Origin: a virus
Taxonomy: Duplodnaviria; Heunggongvirae; Uroviricota; Caudoviricetes
Strand: one strand, 5' to 3'
IMG/VR virus record: IMGVR_UViG_3300034106_001169
DNA length: 64,000 nt
Below, one piece after another: positions 54,446 to 64,000 of the stretch (its first letter is position 1; each line of letters opens with the position of its first letter). A program made the position numbers and the translations under genes. The notes beneath the pieces are model-generated. The model saw only the letters and a program-made list of their open reading frames with translations, had not been told where the DNA came from and made no database searches.

Positions 54446-55177
54446 TTATTCGTTTGTTTGTATTCTGTAAATTGAGCTTTGAACAGCACTTTGGTTTTCT
54501 GTATACATAGCCAAGTTTTGTACTGTAAGATCTAATAGTTCATCTTCTAGGTATAGTTCAAGTTCGCAATCCTGATCGAATGATGGTAATCCATCAAGCA
54601 TGATGTATCCTGCCTTATTTATATATTGAGGATATCTCATGTAAGACATATATATATCCTTAGGTATAAACGTACCATCTGTAAATATAGAGATCTCATC
54701 AGAAGATATAAAGTTGAATGTCTCTTGATATTCAAAAGAGGGTCTATAGTGAGTGTTGTTTAAGCAAAACTGTAAGTCACCATGCTTAGCCAAGTCTCTA
54801 TTAATCCATACCTTTCTATCTGTACATCTTCCTTTATCTGCTAATATATAACTATCTATGTAGAACATGTACTGAGGTACAAGGAGATGAACGTTTGCAA
54901 ACCATTGATTTAGTTCAGCATTCTTCAATGCTAGGGTAAGTGGTTGGTGATTGTAAGGCTGTACAAGACTTTGTAAGTCTTCATAACGCTTCTTAAACGC
55001 ATCCATACCTAATCCAGAAACTGTACTAAACCCATCAACTTTTTGCTTTATCAATTTGATTTGAGCTTCATTCAATGCTAGAATTTTATCTTCTACAGGA
55101 ATCTCTTGATGCTCGTTAGTGGATAGTTTATTTAGTTTCTGATCAATCTTATATAATAAACTATCTACTGGGATCAT
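54446..55177 (-). CDS. Hypothetical protein (243 aa)
   Basis: ORF with 4-nt overlap to the upstream gene. Confidence 0.5.
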   Translation of the reverse strand: MIPVDSLLYKIDQKLNKLSTNEHQEIPVEDKILALNEAQIKLIKQKVDGFSTVSGLGMDAFKKRYEDLQSLVQPYNHQPLTLALKNAELNQWFANVHLLVPQYMFYIDSYILADKGRCTDRKVWINRDLAKHGDLQFCLNNTHYRPSFEYQETFNFISSDEISIFTDGTFIPKDIYMSYMRYPQYINKAGYIMLDGLPSFDQDCELELYLEDELLDLTVQNLAMYTENQSAVQSSIYRIQTNE

Positions 55178-56139
55178 ATTGCAGCTATTTTTTTACCTTT
55201 CAATTTACCTTCTAAAATTAATAATTGGTCTTGGTTATCTTCATCTGCTAAGAACTTCACTAAATCATCTTCGTCTTTAGCTATCTCAAACTCACCTTCA
55301 TAAATCTTACCATTAGGTTTAGCTCTATATACTGAGTGAGCAACAGCTTGTTTAACCAAGTCTTTAATATGGAGTAAGTTTTCTTTCATATCTGCAAATC
55401 TGTTGAATACCTCAATTGGATTCAAACCTTGATATCTGCCATTCTTGAATTCAGTTTGTTTCAATAGGTTATCCACCTGATTGTAAACTGCTTCTTCTTT
55501 GGAATCATCTGACACTGGAAGACCAAGTAGACGAGCCACTTTCTTTTTCTTCTCAGGAGTCATACTATCAAACTTAACAATTGCTTTGTTGATAAGTTGT
55601 TTCTTCTTAAACATTACCTTGTTCTCAATATCATCATCAGCAACATAGTACTGAATATCAGCAGGGAATTCACCTCTCTCCCAAGCTTGGTAGCTAGAAG
55701 CAATTGTTGGATGAACTCTTAACCATGAGAATGCTAATTCTTGTAATGGTAATGTAAAGTCAAAATAGTTATCACCATCTAGTAACTTTACTGGTTGAAC
55801 GTGCAAAGAATCATCAACAGAAGTTGATAAGCCATAGTTCCAGAACTGAGAACGAGGACTTAAGTCAGCATTTAAAGCTGCTTGAAGTTTATCTCTTAAC
55901 TCTGTTACTCTTTCAATCTCCATCTCCTTTTCTAAAGGATCTTGGATTCTCTTGATGTAACTAGCGTTAGGATCTAAGCCTGTTCTATACTGACCATCTA
56001 ATTCTTTGTAAGGATATTTAAAAACTCCTGTACCAGGAATTCTTGTGTATCCTCTTGCTGCAAGTCCACCTTGCATCGTTTGCAATTGCGAGTTGTTGTA
56101 CTCTTTCTTAATAGTAGAGATTTTTCCTATCTTACCCAT
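55174..56139 (-). CDS. Hypothetical protein downstream of the capsid gene (321 aa); possibly a capsid-associated protein
   Basis: First ORF after the terminator cluster following the putative major capsid gene. Confidence 0.45.
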   Translation of the reverse strand: MGKIGKISTIKKEYNNSQLQTMQGGLAARGYTRIPGTGVFKYPYKELDGQYRTGLDPNASYIKRIQDPLEKEMEIERVTELRDKLQAALNADLSPRSQFWNYGLSTSVDDSLHVQPVKLLDGDNYFDFTLPLQELAFSWLRVHPTIASSYQAWERGEFPADIQYYVADDDIENKVMFKKKQLINKAIVKFDSMTPEKKKKVARLLGLPVSDDSKEEAVYNQVDNLLKQTEFKNGRYQGLNPIEVFNRFADMKENLLHIKDLVKQAVAHSVYRAKPNGKIYEGEFEIAKDEDDLVKFLADEDNQDQLLILEGKLKGKKIAAI

Positions 56140-56238
56140 ATGTAGTTGTTTTTGTTTGGTTTATTTGCAGATGGTTCCCATCGAAGGGAACACTGTACAG
56201 CATTTACTTGTACATGTCCATCTGTGATTTAGAAGACT

Positions 56239-56280
56239 CCCCCACTGGGAGAGTGGGGGGAATGTCTTCTTAGTTTTTTG
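56239..56280 (-). terminator. GC-rich hairpin terminator after the putative major capsid gene (orientation ambiguous; may act bidirectionally)
   Basis: CCCCCACT-GGGAG-AGTGGGGG, an 8-bp G/C stem in AT-rich DNA. The plus side has TCTTCTTAGTTTTTTG downstream; the minus side has UCUUCUAAAUC after the stem. Two further perfect palindromes lie between it and the capsid stop: ACACCAaTGGTGT at 56286..56298 and TAAGGATAcTATCCTTA at 56303..56319. Confidence 0.45.
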
Positions 56281-56331
56281 CGAAACACCATTGGTGTCAG
56301 TCTAAGGATACTATCCTTAAAGGGGCATTTA

Positions 56332-57885
56332 TTAGAATTGAGGAATCTCTTCAATCAATACTGTACGAGATAAATCTTCGATAAATACATCACAACGATC
56401 TTTCATCCAAATCTCATATCCAGGGAATTTATTTGCAGAACTCATACCTTGAGACTTAGCAAAGCCTAAGTGGTGACGAGTACCATCGATATAACCCCAA
56501 GTCATAGAAGGTGCACCCTTCATACGTACTTCACGAATATTATTGATCATAGAACCATCAGACATTGGAGATACATCAAACACCATAAATACTGGAGTTG
56601 ATTTCTTGTTTTGTCCAAATTCTAAATTTGTTTGAGGTAAGTCTAATTCTTTCAAGTGAATTAATTCAACACGACCAGTCTCACGAGTTACCATTGCATC
56701 GAATGCAAAGTTGTAAGTGATATGTTGACCTTCACCTTGCATGTATCTGTTACCAGAATCAGCCATGAAAGTAAGACCAGAATTCAAAGCATCTGTTTTT
56801 AAAGCTTGTTGGAATACATCAAAGCCAGCTTCATTAGTGTACATTTTAACACGTCTGTCTTTAACATCCACACGTCTGTAGAATAAGTCACCAAATACAG
56901 AACGAATTAAGTTCGCAGTGAACTCACCTCTGTTGTACTGTACTAAGTTACCATTGTTACGCATTCTGTGATATACACCAGCAGAAGTACGCTTTAATTC
57001 TTGCTTAGAACCATTAGTCTTCACAGTTCCAGGACGAGCCCAGATCATACGCTTAACTTTTAATTCTAACATAGACTTACGCATCCAGAACTCAATAAAT
57101 GGTTCCCACTTAACATCGTTACGAGTTAAAGGTAATTGGTTACGTCTTTGAGGAGCATATACTAAGATATCTAAAGGTTTGCCAGAAGCATCTCTCATCA
57201 TCTTGTCATCAGCCCACTCAGTGATTTTGTGCTCATAACCATATGCAGAACCTAAAGATTCAAACATAGTGATTTGCTCACCTAAACGAGGAAGACCTAA
57301 TAAGTCTTGGTCGAATTCACCAATCGCAGCATCAACTAACTCTAATTCCACACCCACTTGCAAGAAGATAGGGCTTACGAAATCTACAGTTGGGTTGTCA
57401 CTCACTAAAGTGAAAGTGTATAAGAATCCAACGTTCCAAGGAACTGGATCTTTTACTACGTAAAAACGAGGACCATATTGACGTGTACCTACAGAGATAA
57501 TTGCGTTCTTAGAAAATTCATTAGTATCAACAATTACTTGAAACTCTTGTCCATCAATACCAGGCTTGTTTAATTCCTGTGTAGAAGTTGGAACATCAAT
57601 AAATTTTGGGAACTTGTAAGGTACTTGCACTTGCCATTTCCAAGCATCACTATTGTTATCAATATAGTAAGGAGTAGACTTGTTAATCATGTCTAAGAAG
57701 TCATTACTATAAAGAGAACTCTGAGTGTATAAGCTGATGATTTTCTTATCATAGTCAGCAGGCTCAGTTGAGTGAAAGCTCTCTAAATGGTTTGCGTCAG
57801 TCAATTTACCTACAGCACGCTTGTCCATAGAAGCTACTCTAGCATAGGTAAAACCAGTTAAACCTGGGATTGTTTGAATTGCCAT
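56332..57885 (-). CDS. Major capsid protein candidate (517 aa)
   Basis: Call rests on position (portal, SPFH, scaffold-like, then this ORF), size and the strong hairpins immediately 3'. No capsid-specific motif was recognised from sequence. Confidence 0.45.
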   Translation of the reverse strand: MAIQTIPGLTGFTYARVASMDKRAVGKLTDANHLESFHSTEPADYDKKIISLYTQSSLYSNDFLDMINKSTPYYIDNNSDAWKWQVQVPYKFPKFIDVPTSTQELNKPGIDGQEFQVIVDTNEFSKNAIISVGTRQYGPRFYVVKDPVPWNVGFLYTFTLVSDNPTVDFVSPIFLQVGVELELVDAAIGEFDQDLLGLPRLGEQITMFESLGSAYGYEHKITEWADDKMMRDASGKPLDILVYAPQRRNQLPLTRNDVKWEPFIEFWMRKSMLELKVKRMIWARPGTVKTNGSKQELKRTSAGVYHRMRNNGNLVQYNRGEFTANLIRSVFGDLFYRRVDVKDRRVKMYTNEAGFDVFQQALKTDALNSGLTFMADSGNRYMQGEGQHITYNFAFDAMVTRETGRVELIHLKELDLPQTNLEFGQNKKSTPVFMVFDVSPMSDGSMINNIREVRMKGAPSMTWGYIDGTRHHLGFAKSQGMSSANKFPGYEIWMKDRCDVFIEDLSRTVLIEEIPQF

Positions 57886-57921
57886 TTGTTATTCTTTTTT
57901 AATTTTTGTTATATAAATTGT

Positions 57922-59205
57922 TTATTTAAACCAAGAAGTGGATTGTGTAACTGGTTTAGATTTCACTGAACTCTTCTGGGCTTGTCTGGCAACTTCACCA
58001 AATAATTCATTAGACTTTTTGGTGATACCTGTCTTTTGAATAGTTGATAATGTAGGATCTTTCTCCATTATCTTCATTAGCAACGCAAGCTTTACTTTTG
58101 TTGCATGATTCTCAGGACGTTTCAGCTCCAGAATTGTACGATCAAAATCAGTGAGAGTCTCACCTGAATTTGTTTTGTACTTGTCTGTTACTAGGAAATC
58201 TTGTAGTTCACCAGCTAATTTAGTGTTAATTGGTATGCCATCAAATTCTTTAGCTTTTATTTTCTCTTGTAAAACATTGTTTACATTTTGATAATATTGC
58301 TGTTTGATAGCTTGTTGTTGTTGTAATTGGGCCTCTCTTTCTTGCTCCATTTGTTGGAGCTTTTGGCCTTCTTTCTTTATTAGGACTTTATGGTGTTTCG
58401 TAGCAACACTTTCTAGGTCACCATAATTTTTTAATCTTTCAACTTCTGTTGTAACATCTTCAGGCTCAAATCCTTGATCAGTCAAAGCTTGTTTAATAAC
58501 AGCTATTTGATTGTTCTCTTGAGTTAAGTCCATATCAGAGAAAGATTTGATTTGGTTAAATGCACCAAAGTAATCTTCAGGTTTTACACCTTTTACATAT
58601 ATGGCATCAAATGCTTTTTGATAATCTTCTCCAAACTGACCAATGAAGTTATCTACAATTTCAATAGCTCCTTTCTTCTTCTCTGCTTGGAACTTTTCCA
58701 AGAAAGCTTCAGGAGTATCTATTGTAACGTCTTCCTCATCTTCTTCTTTTGAGAATACACCTAGTTTGAAAAGATCTCTTGATAATGCAGTGAATTGACT
58801 CGTAGGAGCTTCTTCACCTTCTTCATTATCATCTTTACTATCTTCTTGATTATCAGCATTTTGTACAGCTTTCTTAGCTGGTGCAGCTGCTGATTCATCA
58901 TTTGTTTCTTCCTCGCTTTCTTCATTATCCTCACCATATAAGAAACTTTGAATATCCTTTGTAGGATTTTCATCTTTCTTTTCAGGTTCTGGTTCTGAAG
59001 CAGCTGGTTGTTTAGAAGTAGTTTTCTTTGTTGGAGCAGGAGCAGGTGCAGGTTCATTATTAATGTCCTGAATATCATCAGGGCTAGAAGTTGCACTTTC
59101 AGGGGACAATAAGTCATTTAATAACTCTTGACTACCCATTCCCATGTCCATAGTATCTTGAATACTAAAGTTGCCCAGTTGGGGCATATCTAGATTTTCA
59201 GCCAT
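57922..59205 (-). CDS. Acidic coiled-coil protein, scaffolding-protein candidate (427 aa)
   Basis: Very acidic Glu/Asp-rich N-half (…EEETNDES…DDNEEGEE…), Gln-rich coiled-coil C-half (EQEREAQLQQQQAIKQQ), located between portal and capsid candidates. Confidence 0.45.
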   Translation of the reverse strand: MAENLDMPQLGNFSIQDTMDMGMGSQELLNDLLSPESATSSPDDIQDINNEPAPAPAPTKKTTSKQPAASEPEPEKKDENPTKDIQSFLYGEDNEESEEETNDESAAAPAKKAVQNADNQEDSKDDNEEGEEAPTSQFTALSRDLFKLGVFSKEEDEEDVTIDTPEAFLEKFQAEKKKGAIEIVDNFIGQFGEDYQKAFDAIYVKGVKPEDYFGAFNQIKSFSDMDLTQENNQIAVIKQALTDQGFEPEDVTTEVERLKNYGDLESVATKHHKVLIKKEGQKLQQMEQEREAQLQQQQAIKQQYYQNVNNVLQEKIKAKEFDGIPINTKLAGELQDFLVTDKYKTNSGETLTDFDRTILELKRPENHATKVKLALLMKIMEKDPTLSTIQKTGITKKSNELFGEVARQAQKSSVKSKPVTQSTSWFK

Positions 59206-59323
59206 ATGTAGTTGTATTTATTTGGTTTTCAATGTAAAAGTATATCAAGTTAAATTAACAGCAAAGAGACAAGGCTCTATATAGATCATTATTCAATATA
59301 ATATAGCATTAATGTTTTTTACT

Positions 59324-59854
59324 CTAATCTAATTTGTTAGTAAAATTGTCATTTATAAGTCTAAAGCTTCTGATTGGAGCCAAGTCAGTAAGGGTAACTT
59401 GTTGAACCTCAACTCCCCACTTCCTAGCTTCCACCCTAACCTTCTTTGTCAAAGTGTTGTCAAGTTCTGAATCTGTACATTCATCCATACTCATAGACAT
59501 AATGACATTTTTGATGATGCTTTGAGACATATCTGACAGAGCATCCTGGGCATCAAATACCTCAAGAAGAAATATCTTGACATCAGCTATCTTATATTTA
59601 ATGACTCCTTTCACTACAATGTTCTGCTTGTCTTTAGTATATAAAGATTGGGCATCTAAACTGAGAGTTGTGACAACCACATGTTGGTCAATCACTTCAT
59701 CAAATAGAGGCATCTTGAAATGTATTCCAGGTTTGAGTACTCTTTTAAAGATACCAAACCTGAGTAATACTGCTTCTTCATAGTCTCTAATAATGATAGC
59801 TGGTGTGAGTTGTAACCACCAATTGGTGATTATCTCTATCAGTTTATCAAACAT
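59324..59854 (-). CDS. SPFH/band-7 (stomatin/prohibitin-like) domain protein
   Basis: EEAVLLRFGIFKRVLKPGIHFKMPLFDEV, TKDKQNIVVKGVIKYKIADV and ARKWGVEVQQVTLTDLAP align with the SPFH core consensus (…AVV.RFG…L.PGLHF.IPFID.V…TKDN..V.VD.VV.YRI.D…WGI.V..V.I.DI.P). Confidence 0.7.
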   Translation of the reverse strand: MFDKLIEIITNWWLQLTPAIIIRDYEEAVLLRFGIFKRVLKPGIHFKMPLFDEVIDQHVVVTTLSLDAQSLYTKDKQNIVVKGVIKYKIADVKIFLLEVFDAQDALSDMSQSIIKNVIMSMSMDECTDSELDNTLTKKVRVEARKWGVEVQQVTLTDLAPIRSFRLINDNFTNKLD

Positions 59855-59856
59855 AT

Positions 59857-62439
59857 TTATTTAGTTTTCTTAGCTCTGCCCTTGGCATTCTCCTTGGCCA
59901 CAGCTAAATCATTTGCTTGGTTTTCTCTAGCTATCTTTAACTTCTCTCTTTCTATTTCTAGTTTTTGAGAAGCTAATTGATTTTTACTTTGTACATCCAT
60001 CATCTTAGCCTGATAGTCTCTTTCAGCTTTTGATTGAGCTAGGGCTAGTTTATCTATTTCTAAAACATCAGGGGTACCACTTGCGTCAATATCTGATAAA
60101 GGACCTGCTTTAGATTCAGCTGCAATAAGAGCAATCTCTTTCTTGTTGATTCTATCAAGCTCTGCTTGGTAGTTTTCATTAGCTATTTTCTCTTCAGATT
60201 GTTGTTGAGCTAATTGAATTTGAGCTTGAGCTTGTTGTTGTTGTTGCTCAAGTTCTTGTTGTTTTTGTTGTAACTGAGCATTCTGTAAAGCTTCTTGTCT
60301 ATCTTTCAACTTCTTAAAGACTTGCTTCATTTGTCTCATTGAGTTAGTACTGTAAAGCTCAATCACATCATGTAAGCTACCACCATTTTGGATGACAGCT
60401 TGAGATAATCCTCTAATCTCACTAAACATTTGTCTGTCTTCTGGTCTATTAGTTAAGAATACTTTAAGATCTCTGAAACGTAAATCTGTACCATTTACAG
60501 AAACAAACGCAGATTCTCCTTCATTAGTAATATAAGAAATAGTAGATTGTGGTTTAGCACTTTCTATATATAAAGCTGCGTCAACAATTGCTTGATACAA
60601 TTGACCTAGTACATATTCATGAGCTACAAATAAAGGTTCTGTCTGAGCGTAAGATTGTGTAATAGCTGCATTAGTACCTGTAGCTGATTCACTAGCTTGT
60701 ACAGATCCAAGTCTTTGTCTTGACATACCAATTAATTCCCAGCACTCATTCTTTATTTGTTGTGCTAGAGTATATCTTGCTTGGATTTCCTGTGTACGTG
60801 TAAGGTCAAGACTTGTAAATTGGTTGAAGCTAGATGGACTCTTTAAGTTCTCAGGACTATCATCAACAAATACTACACCTCTATTACGTGCTTCCATTTC
60901 CCAGATATCTAATGCATCTTGAGCATCACCATCCTTAGGAATAGGAATATGTCGAATAGACATTAACTGCACCTTACCTACTTCTTTCTCTAATAACTTA
61001 TAAAGTTGATTCATACAAACATTATAAATTACTTGGAAAGGCTTCATCATATCCACTAAGCTCTTAGCTTCTGTGTTCTTAACTTCAAATGTTTGTCCAA
61101 TGATTGGGCAATAAGGTAATAACTTATAAGGTTTAATATGATAGATGTCTGGACCAATCTTAATACCTTGGTACCATTGGTTAATCCATCCCCACTCTAA
61201 TGAAATTTGTGTAGGAATATTATTAGACTTATAGTCTTCATCAACTAACATAGACTGTTCGTTGCCCATCTCATCTGTATATATAACTTTACCAATCTTC
61301 TTTTTACTAATCCAATATGCTCTTACCACCACATACTTATAACCAAATGAGCTTACATTAGATGTAAGTCCTAAGAAGTCTTTAAGACCATCATTATTTT
61401 CTTTCATCTCAGACTCAATAATCATTCTAGTTTGTAGAACAAGAGGATCGTATGTATCATATTGAATAGAGTCATTACCTGGAACAGCATTAGGATTACC
61501 TAAGTTAGATTCACGTACATTGATTAATCCATAGTCTTGTAATGAACTACGTAAGTGATCAATCTCATCTTTAGTTAAGTCAGGAACTGATTCAATAATC
61601 TCAGATAGTTCTAATACCTGTACAGTACCAGCAGCATATGCTCCTTGATTTCTACCTGTAGGATCTGAAATATATTTTCTATCAGGAGTAGTTAAGAACC
61701 AAGTGTTTTTAGGGTTAGCTACCTCAATGTTAAAACCAGTTTTAGAATTGTCCTCGTATACATGGAAGAACTCTCTAGAAGAAATTAAAAGATCTCTAAA
61801 TGCATCTTCAGATTTCTCCTTTAATACAAACTCAGCTTTCTCAGCAGTCAATACGTGGTTTGCCCATTTCTCTGCTACAGATGTATAATTGTCAAGTTCA
61901 TCTTTTACTTGTTGTAATGTTTTCTCTTGTAACTCCTCATCTGTAATCTCCACTCCATCAAATGAAGCTTTTTCTAATATCTTTCTTTGTGCTTGAGAAA
62001 CAACGTAGTCTTGTAATAGTTGAGTTTTAAATTCTAACTCTTCAGACTTACTATCATCATCAAATGCTTTGACACGAAATGCATCAGGTCTTTTACTAAT
62101 CTCTCCCACTAATTCATTAATAGGAGTGGTCATTATAGAATAATGTTTTACATAGGCAGGAAGTTCAAGATCTGCTGTAAGCACATCTGTGAAGCTTCTT
62201 ACTTCTGGTTCTACAAAGAAATCCTCTCTTCTTAAAATACCCTTTACAAGATCATAGTTCTTTACAAATGTATCTCTAGCTTTAACATATTCAGCATATG
62301 CCTTATTGGCAAAGTAATCCATTGAATTCTTTATCCAGCTCTCATCCATCTTTTCCTTCTCAGTTTTAAACTGATCAGGGAAGATATTCAGATAAGCATA
62401 TCTTATAGTTGCGTCTTTCGTGTATCTTATAATTGCCAT
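59857..62439 (-). CDS. Portal protein candidate (860 aa) with C-terminal Gln-rich coiled-coil extension
   Basis: Large ORF immediately downstream of the terminase ORF with 1-nt overlap. C-terminal about 160 aa is QQKQQELEQQQQQAQAQIQLAQQQ… low-complexity coiled coil. Call is by position and size. Confidence 0.5.
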   Translation of the reverse strand: MAIIRYTKDATIRYAYLNIFPDQFKTEKEKMDESWIKNSMDYFANKAYAEYVKARDTFVKNYDLVKGILRREDFFVEPEVRSFTDVLTADLELPAYVKHYSIMTTPINELVGEISKRPDAFRVKAFDDDSKSEELEFKTQLLQDYVVSQAQRKILEKASFDGVEITDEELQEKTLQQVKDELDNYTSVAEKWANHVLTAEKAEFVLKEKSEDAFRDLLISSREFFHVYEDNSKTGFNIEVANPKNTWFLTTPDRKYISDPTGRNQGAYAAGTVQVLELSEIIESVPDLTKDEIDHLRSSLQDYGLINVRESNLGNPNAVPGNDSIQYDTYDPLVLQTRMIIESEMKENNDGLKDFLGLTSNVSSFGYKYVVVRAYWISKKKIGKVIYTDEMGNEQSMLVDEDYKSNNIPTQISLEWGWINQWYQGIKIGPDIYHIKPYKLLPYCPIIGQTFEVKNTEAKSLVDMMKPFQVIYNVCMNQLYKLLEKEVGKVQLMSIRHIPIPKDGDAQDALDIWEMEARNRGVVFVDDSPENLKSPSSFNQFTSLDLTRTQEIQARYTLAQQIKNECWELIGMSRQRLGSVQASESATGTNAAITQSYAQTEPLFVAHEYVLGQLYQAIVDAALYIESAKPQSTISYITNEGESAFVSVNGTDLRFRDLKVFLTNRPEDRQMFSEIRGLSQAVIQNGGSLHDVIELYSTNSMRQMKQVFKKLKDRQEALQNAQLQQKQQELEQQQQQAQAQIQLAQQQSEEKIANENYQAELDRINKKEIALIAAESKAGPLSDIDASGTPDVLEIDKLALAQSKAERDYQAKMMDVQSKNQLASQKLEIEREKLKIARENQANDLAVAKENAKGRAKKTK

Positions 62440-64000
62440 TATGAAAACAATTTATTGCGTTTATATTTATTTTTTGTTTGTCCAAACATGTTGTTTCTAG
62501 AATCAGTGAAGAGTATGTTTCCTCTCTTCTTCTTAAACATAGAAGCAACTCTCTCATCTGATGTTCCACCTATCCTACCCATAATTGGGTCCATCTTTAA
62601 AGCCTGTGCTATGGCTAACTCTGCAGCTACAATTCTATCAAAGTTTCCTTGATCATTGTATTGAATGATTTCTTCAAGTAATACAGGATCAAATATCTTA
62701 CTTACACCTAGCACTTCTCTTATCACTTCACCTGCTTCATTTGTTTCTTTAAAGATTGCAGCTTCCATATACTTCTTTAAACAAGTGTGAAGATAGTCAA
62801 TTATCTTTGCAGCTGAACGATGTATACCATAGTCTCTTTTTACAGTGGTGTTTGGTACAATCTCCTTTAACCATTCAGGTTGTTTTTCTAGATAATGAGC
62901 ATCTCCTTTACTCTTCATATATTCAATAAAGGATATATCATCATTCTCACAAAGAGCTCGTGCATTATAATACTTTATAAGAAGTCTAGCTTGTTCTTCC
63001 CAAGTTTCTTTCTTATCAGGTCTTGCACAATACGAAGCTACGAACATATCTTGATATTTCTCACCACTAATTTCATGCATCCTTTTATAGATGTATACAG
63101 ATCCAAGTGAAGTTGAATATGCAGACTTACCTTGTCTATATGGATCGACTCCTGCTACATACAATCCATAAGGTGGATTATCTATAGGGAATTCATATAT
63201 AACTATAGGTGCTTCTTTTAGGTCTGAGTTCTTTAGAGGAAAGTTAGATATGGGTAGTTTATCTGTAAACTCATGAGCTATCTTCTCTCCATCATTAAAC
63301 AATACAACAGGAGTTCCTGTTTTTTCTTGTTGTAACAATCTAGCTTTCTGTCTCTTAGCACTCTCAATATCAAATATATTTGTATCCTCATTTAGAAAGA
63401 TATCATCCACTTCCTGAGGATAGTACATCTTTTCTTTTAGATAGGCTATACGATCACCAGCCTTTTTAAGTCTCTCTAAGTTATCATTAGTAATCTTTGT
63501 AGCTTTCTCTTCATCACTTACAAGCATCTTAACATTATGTAAATCAGATTTACCTGATATATTTAAATATGCTCCTAGTGTAGATTCATCTTTAGCCTCC
63601 ATCCTATACTTATGTGAGATGAACAAACCATGTATACGTTTGTCATCTTTAGCATTGTTATATGTAAGGAAGTTAAAGTTATCTACATCAAACATCAAGC
63701 TTTTAGCATCCATGAATTTCTTCATGTCACCACCAGTCCCAGTAAGTATGGGGCTACATCCCCAGCCATAGGGTGTAGTGAAACCTGGAATAGCAGCTTG
63801 TAAGCCTCGAAGGAAATTACCTTTACCAATCTCATCTATAATTAATTTACGTGGTTTTGTACCTGCAATAGCTTCTTCATTATTACCTTCATCAAGGTTA
63901 CGTATTAGAATGGAAGAGAATGGGATACGTTCACCAGACTTGGTCTTTATACCTAGAGTCACTTGGTTCTTCCAGTTGTCCTCAATTCTCTGCCATCTCC
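62439..64000 (-). CDS. Terminase large subunit candidate, 5' end outside the window
   Basis: Frame is open to the window edge (…RWQRIEDNWKNQVTLGIKTKSGE…; the listed start at 63962 is a GTG inside the ORF). It has a Walker-B-like KLIIDEIGK, and is the first gene of the leftward structural block. Confidence 0.5.
   Translation of the reverse strand, partial: RWQRIEDNWKNQVTLGIKTKSGERIPFSSILIRNLDEGNNEEAIAGTKPRKLIIDEIGKGNFLRGLQAAIPGFTTPYGWGCSPILTGTGGDMKKFMDAKSLMFDVDNFNFLTYNNAKDDKRIHGLFISHKYRMEAKDESTLGAYLNISGKSDLHNVKMLVSDEEKATKITNDNLERLKKAGDRIAYLKEKMYYPQEVDDIFLNEDTNIFDIESAKRQKARLLQQEKTGTPVVLFNDGEKIAHEFTDKLPISNFPLKNSDLKEAPIVIYEFPIDNPPYGLYVAGVDPYRQGKSAYSTSLGSVYIYKRMHEISGEKYQDMFVASYCARPDKKETWEEQARLLIKYYNARALCENDDISFIEYMKSKGDAHYLEKQPEWLKEIVPNTTVKRDYGIHRSAAKIIDYLHTCLKKYMEAAIFKETNEAGEVIREVLGVSKIFDPVLLEEIIQYNDQGNFDRIVAAELAIAQALKMDPIMGRIGGTSDERVASMFKKKRGNILFTDSRNNMFGQTKNKYKRNKLFS

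Noticed and set aside
56186-56203. GGTTCCC…GGGAAC element as a tRNA T-arm
   Set aside because: No cloverleaf can be drawn around it (no acceptor/anticodon stems, wrong T-loop sequence). No tRNA-like segment was found in any intergenic gap.
57886-57921. Shine-Dalgarno-type ribosome binding sites upstream of starts
   Set aside because: Upstream regions are A/T-rich without GGAGG-like motifs. This is consistent with a Bacteroidota host, so RBS calls would be uninformative and were not listed.

Overview
This 64 kb window is AT-rich (about 35% GC by eye) and reads as phage DNA with tightly packed genes. Positions 3902..64000 form one minus-strand structural/late gene block. Reading 5' to 3' on the minus strand it contains: a large terminase ORF (open past the window end), an 860-aa portal candidate, an SPFH/band-7 protein, an acidic scaffold-like protein, a 517-aa major-capsid candidate followed by GC-rich terminator hairpins, several unassigned virion proteins, a tail-collar-domain fibre protein, a collagen-like fibre, a BNR-repeat beta-propeller protein, a protein ending in a Bacteroidota T9SS-type C-terminal domain, a metallophosphatase, a 1892-aa tail protein, four very large ORFs (957, 928, 3655 and 1668 aa) and a tandem array of collagen-like tail-fibre genes. 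The 3655-aa ORF carries a beta-prime-like RNA polymerase catalytic stretch (RIPTQG...SDFDID, direct translation of 20698..20835). This, with the gene order and the T9SS-type domain, suggests a crAss-like (Crassvirales-type) phage of a Bacteroidota host, possibly a flavobacterium; this is inference, since no database search was possible. The left end (1..5804) is a convergently arranged enzyme island: a GT4 glycosyltransferase (5' partial), a homolog of autotransporter protein O-heptosyltransferases (TibC/Aah/BAHT-like, with a Cys-rich C-terminus), three PF13759-like 2OG-Fe(II) oxygenase paralogs, a prolyl-4-hydroxylase-like 2OG oxygenase and a sulfotransferase. It sits directly beside the Ser/Thr-rich collagen-like fibre genes. 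The most interesting hypothesis is that this is a phage-encoded system that glycosylates, hydroxylates and/or sulfates its own collagen-like fibres. No rRNA, tRNA or CRISPR was seen. Most short antisense ORFs in the track are mirror images of the Gly-X-Y repeats and are rejected.
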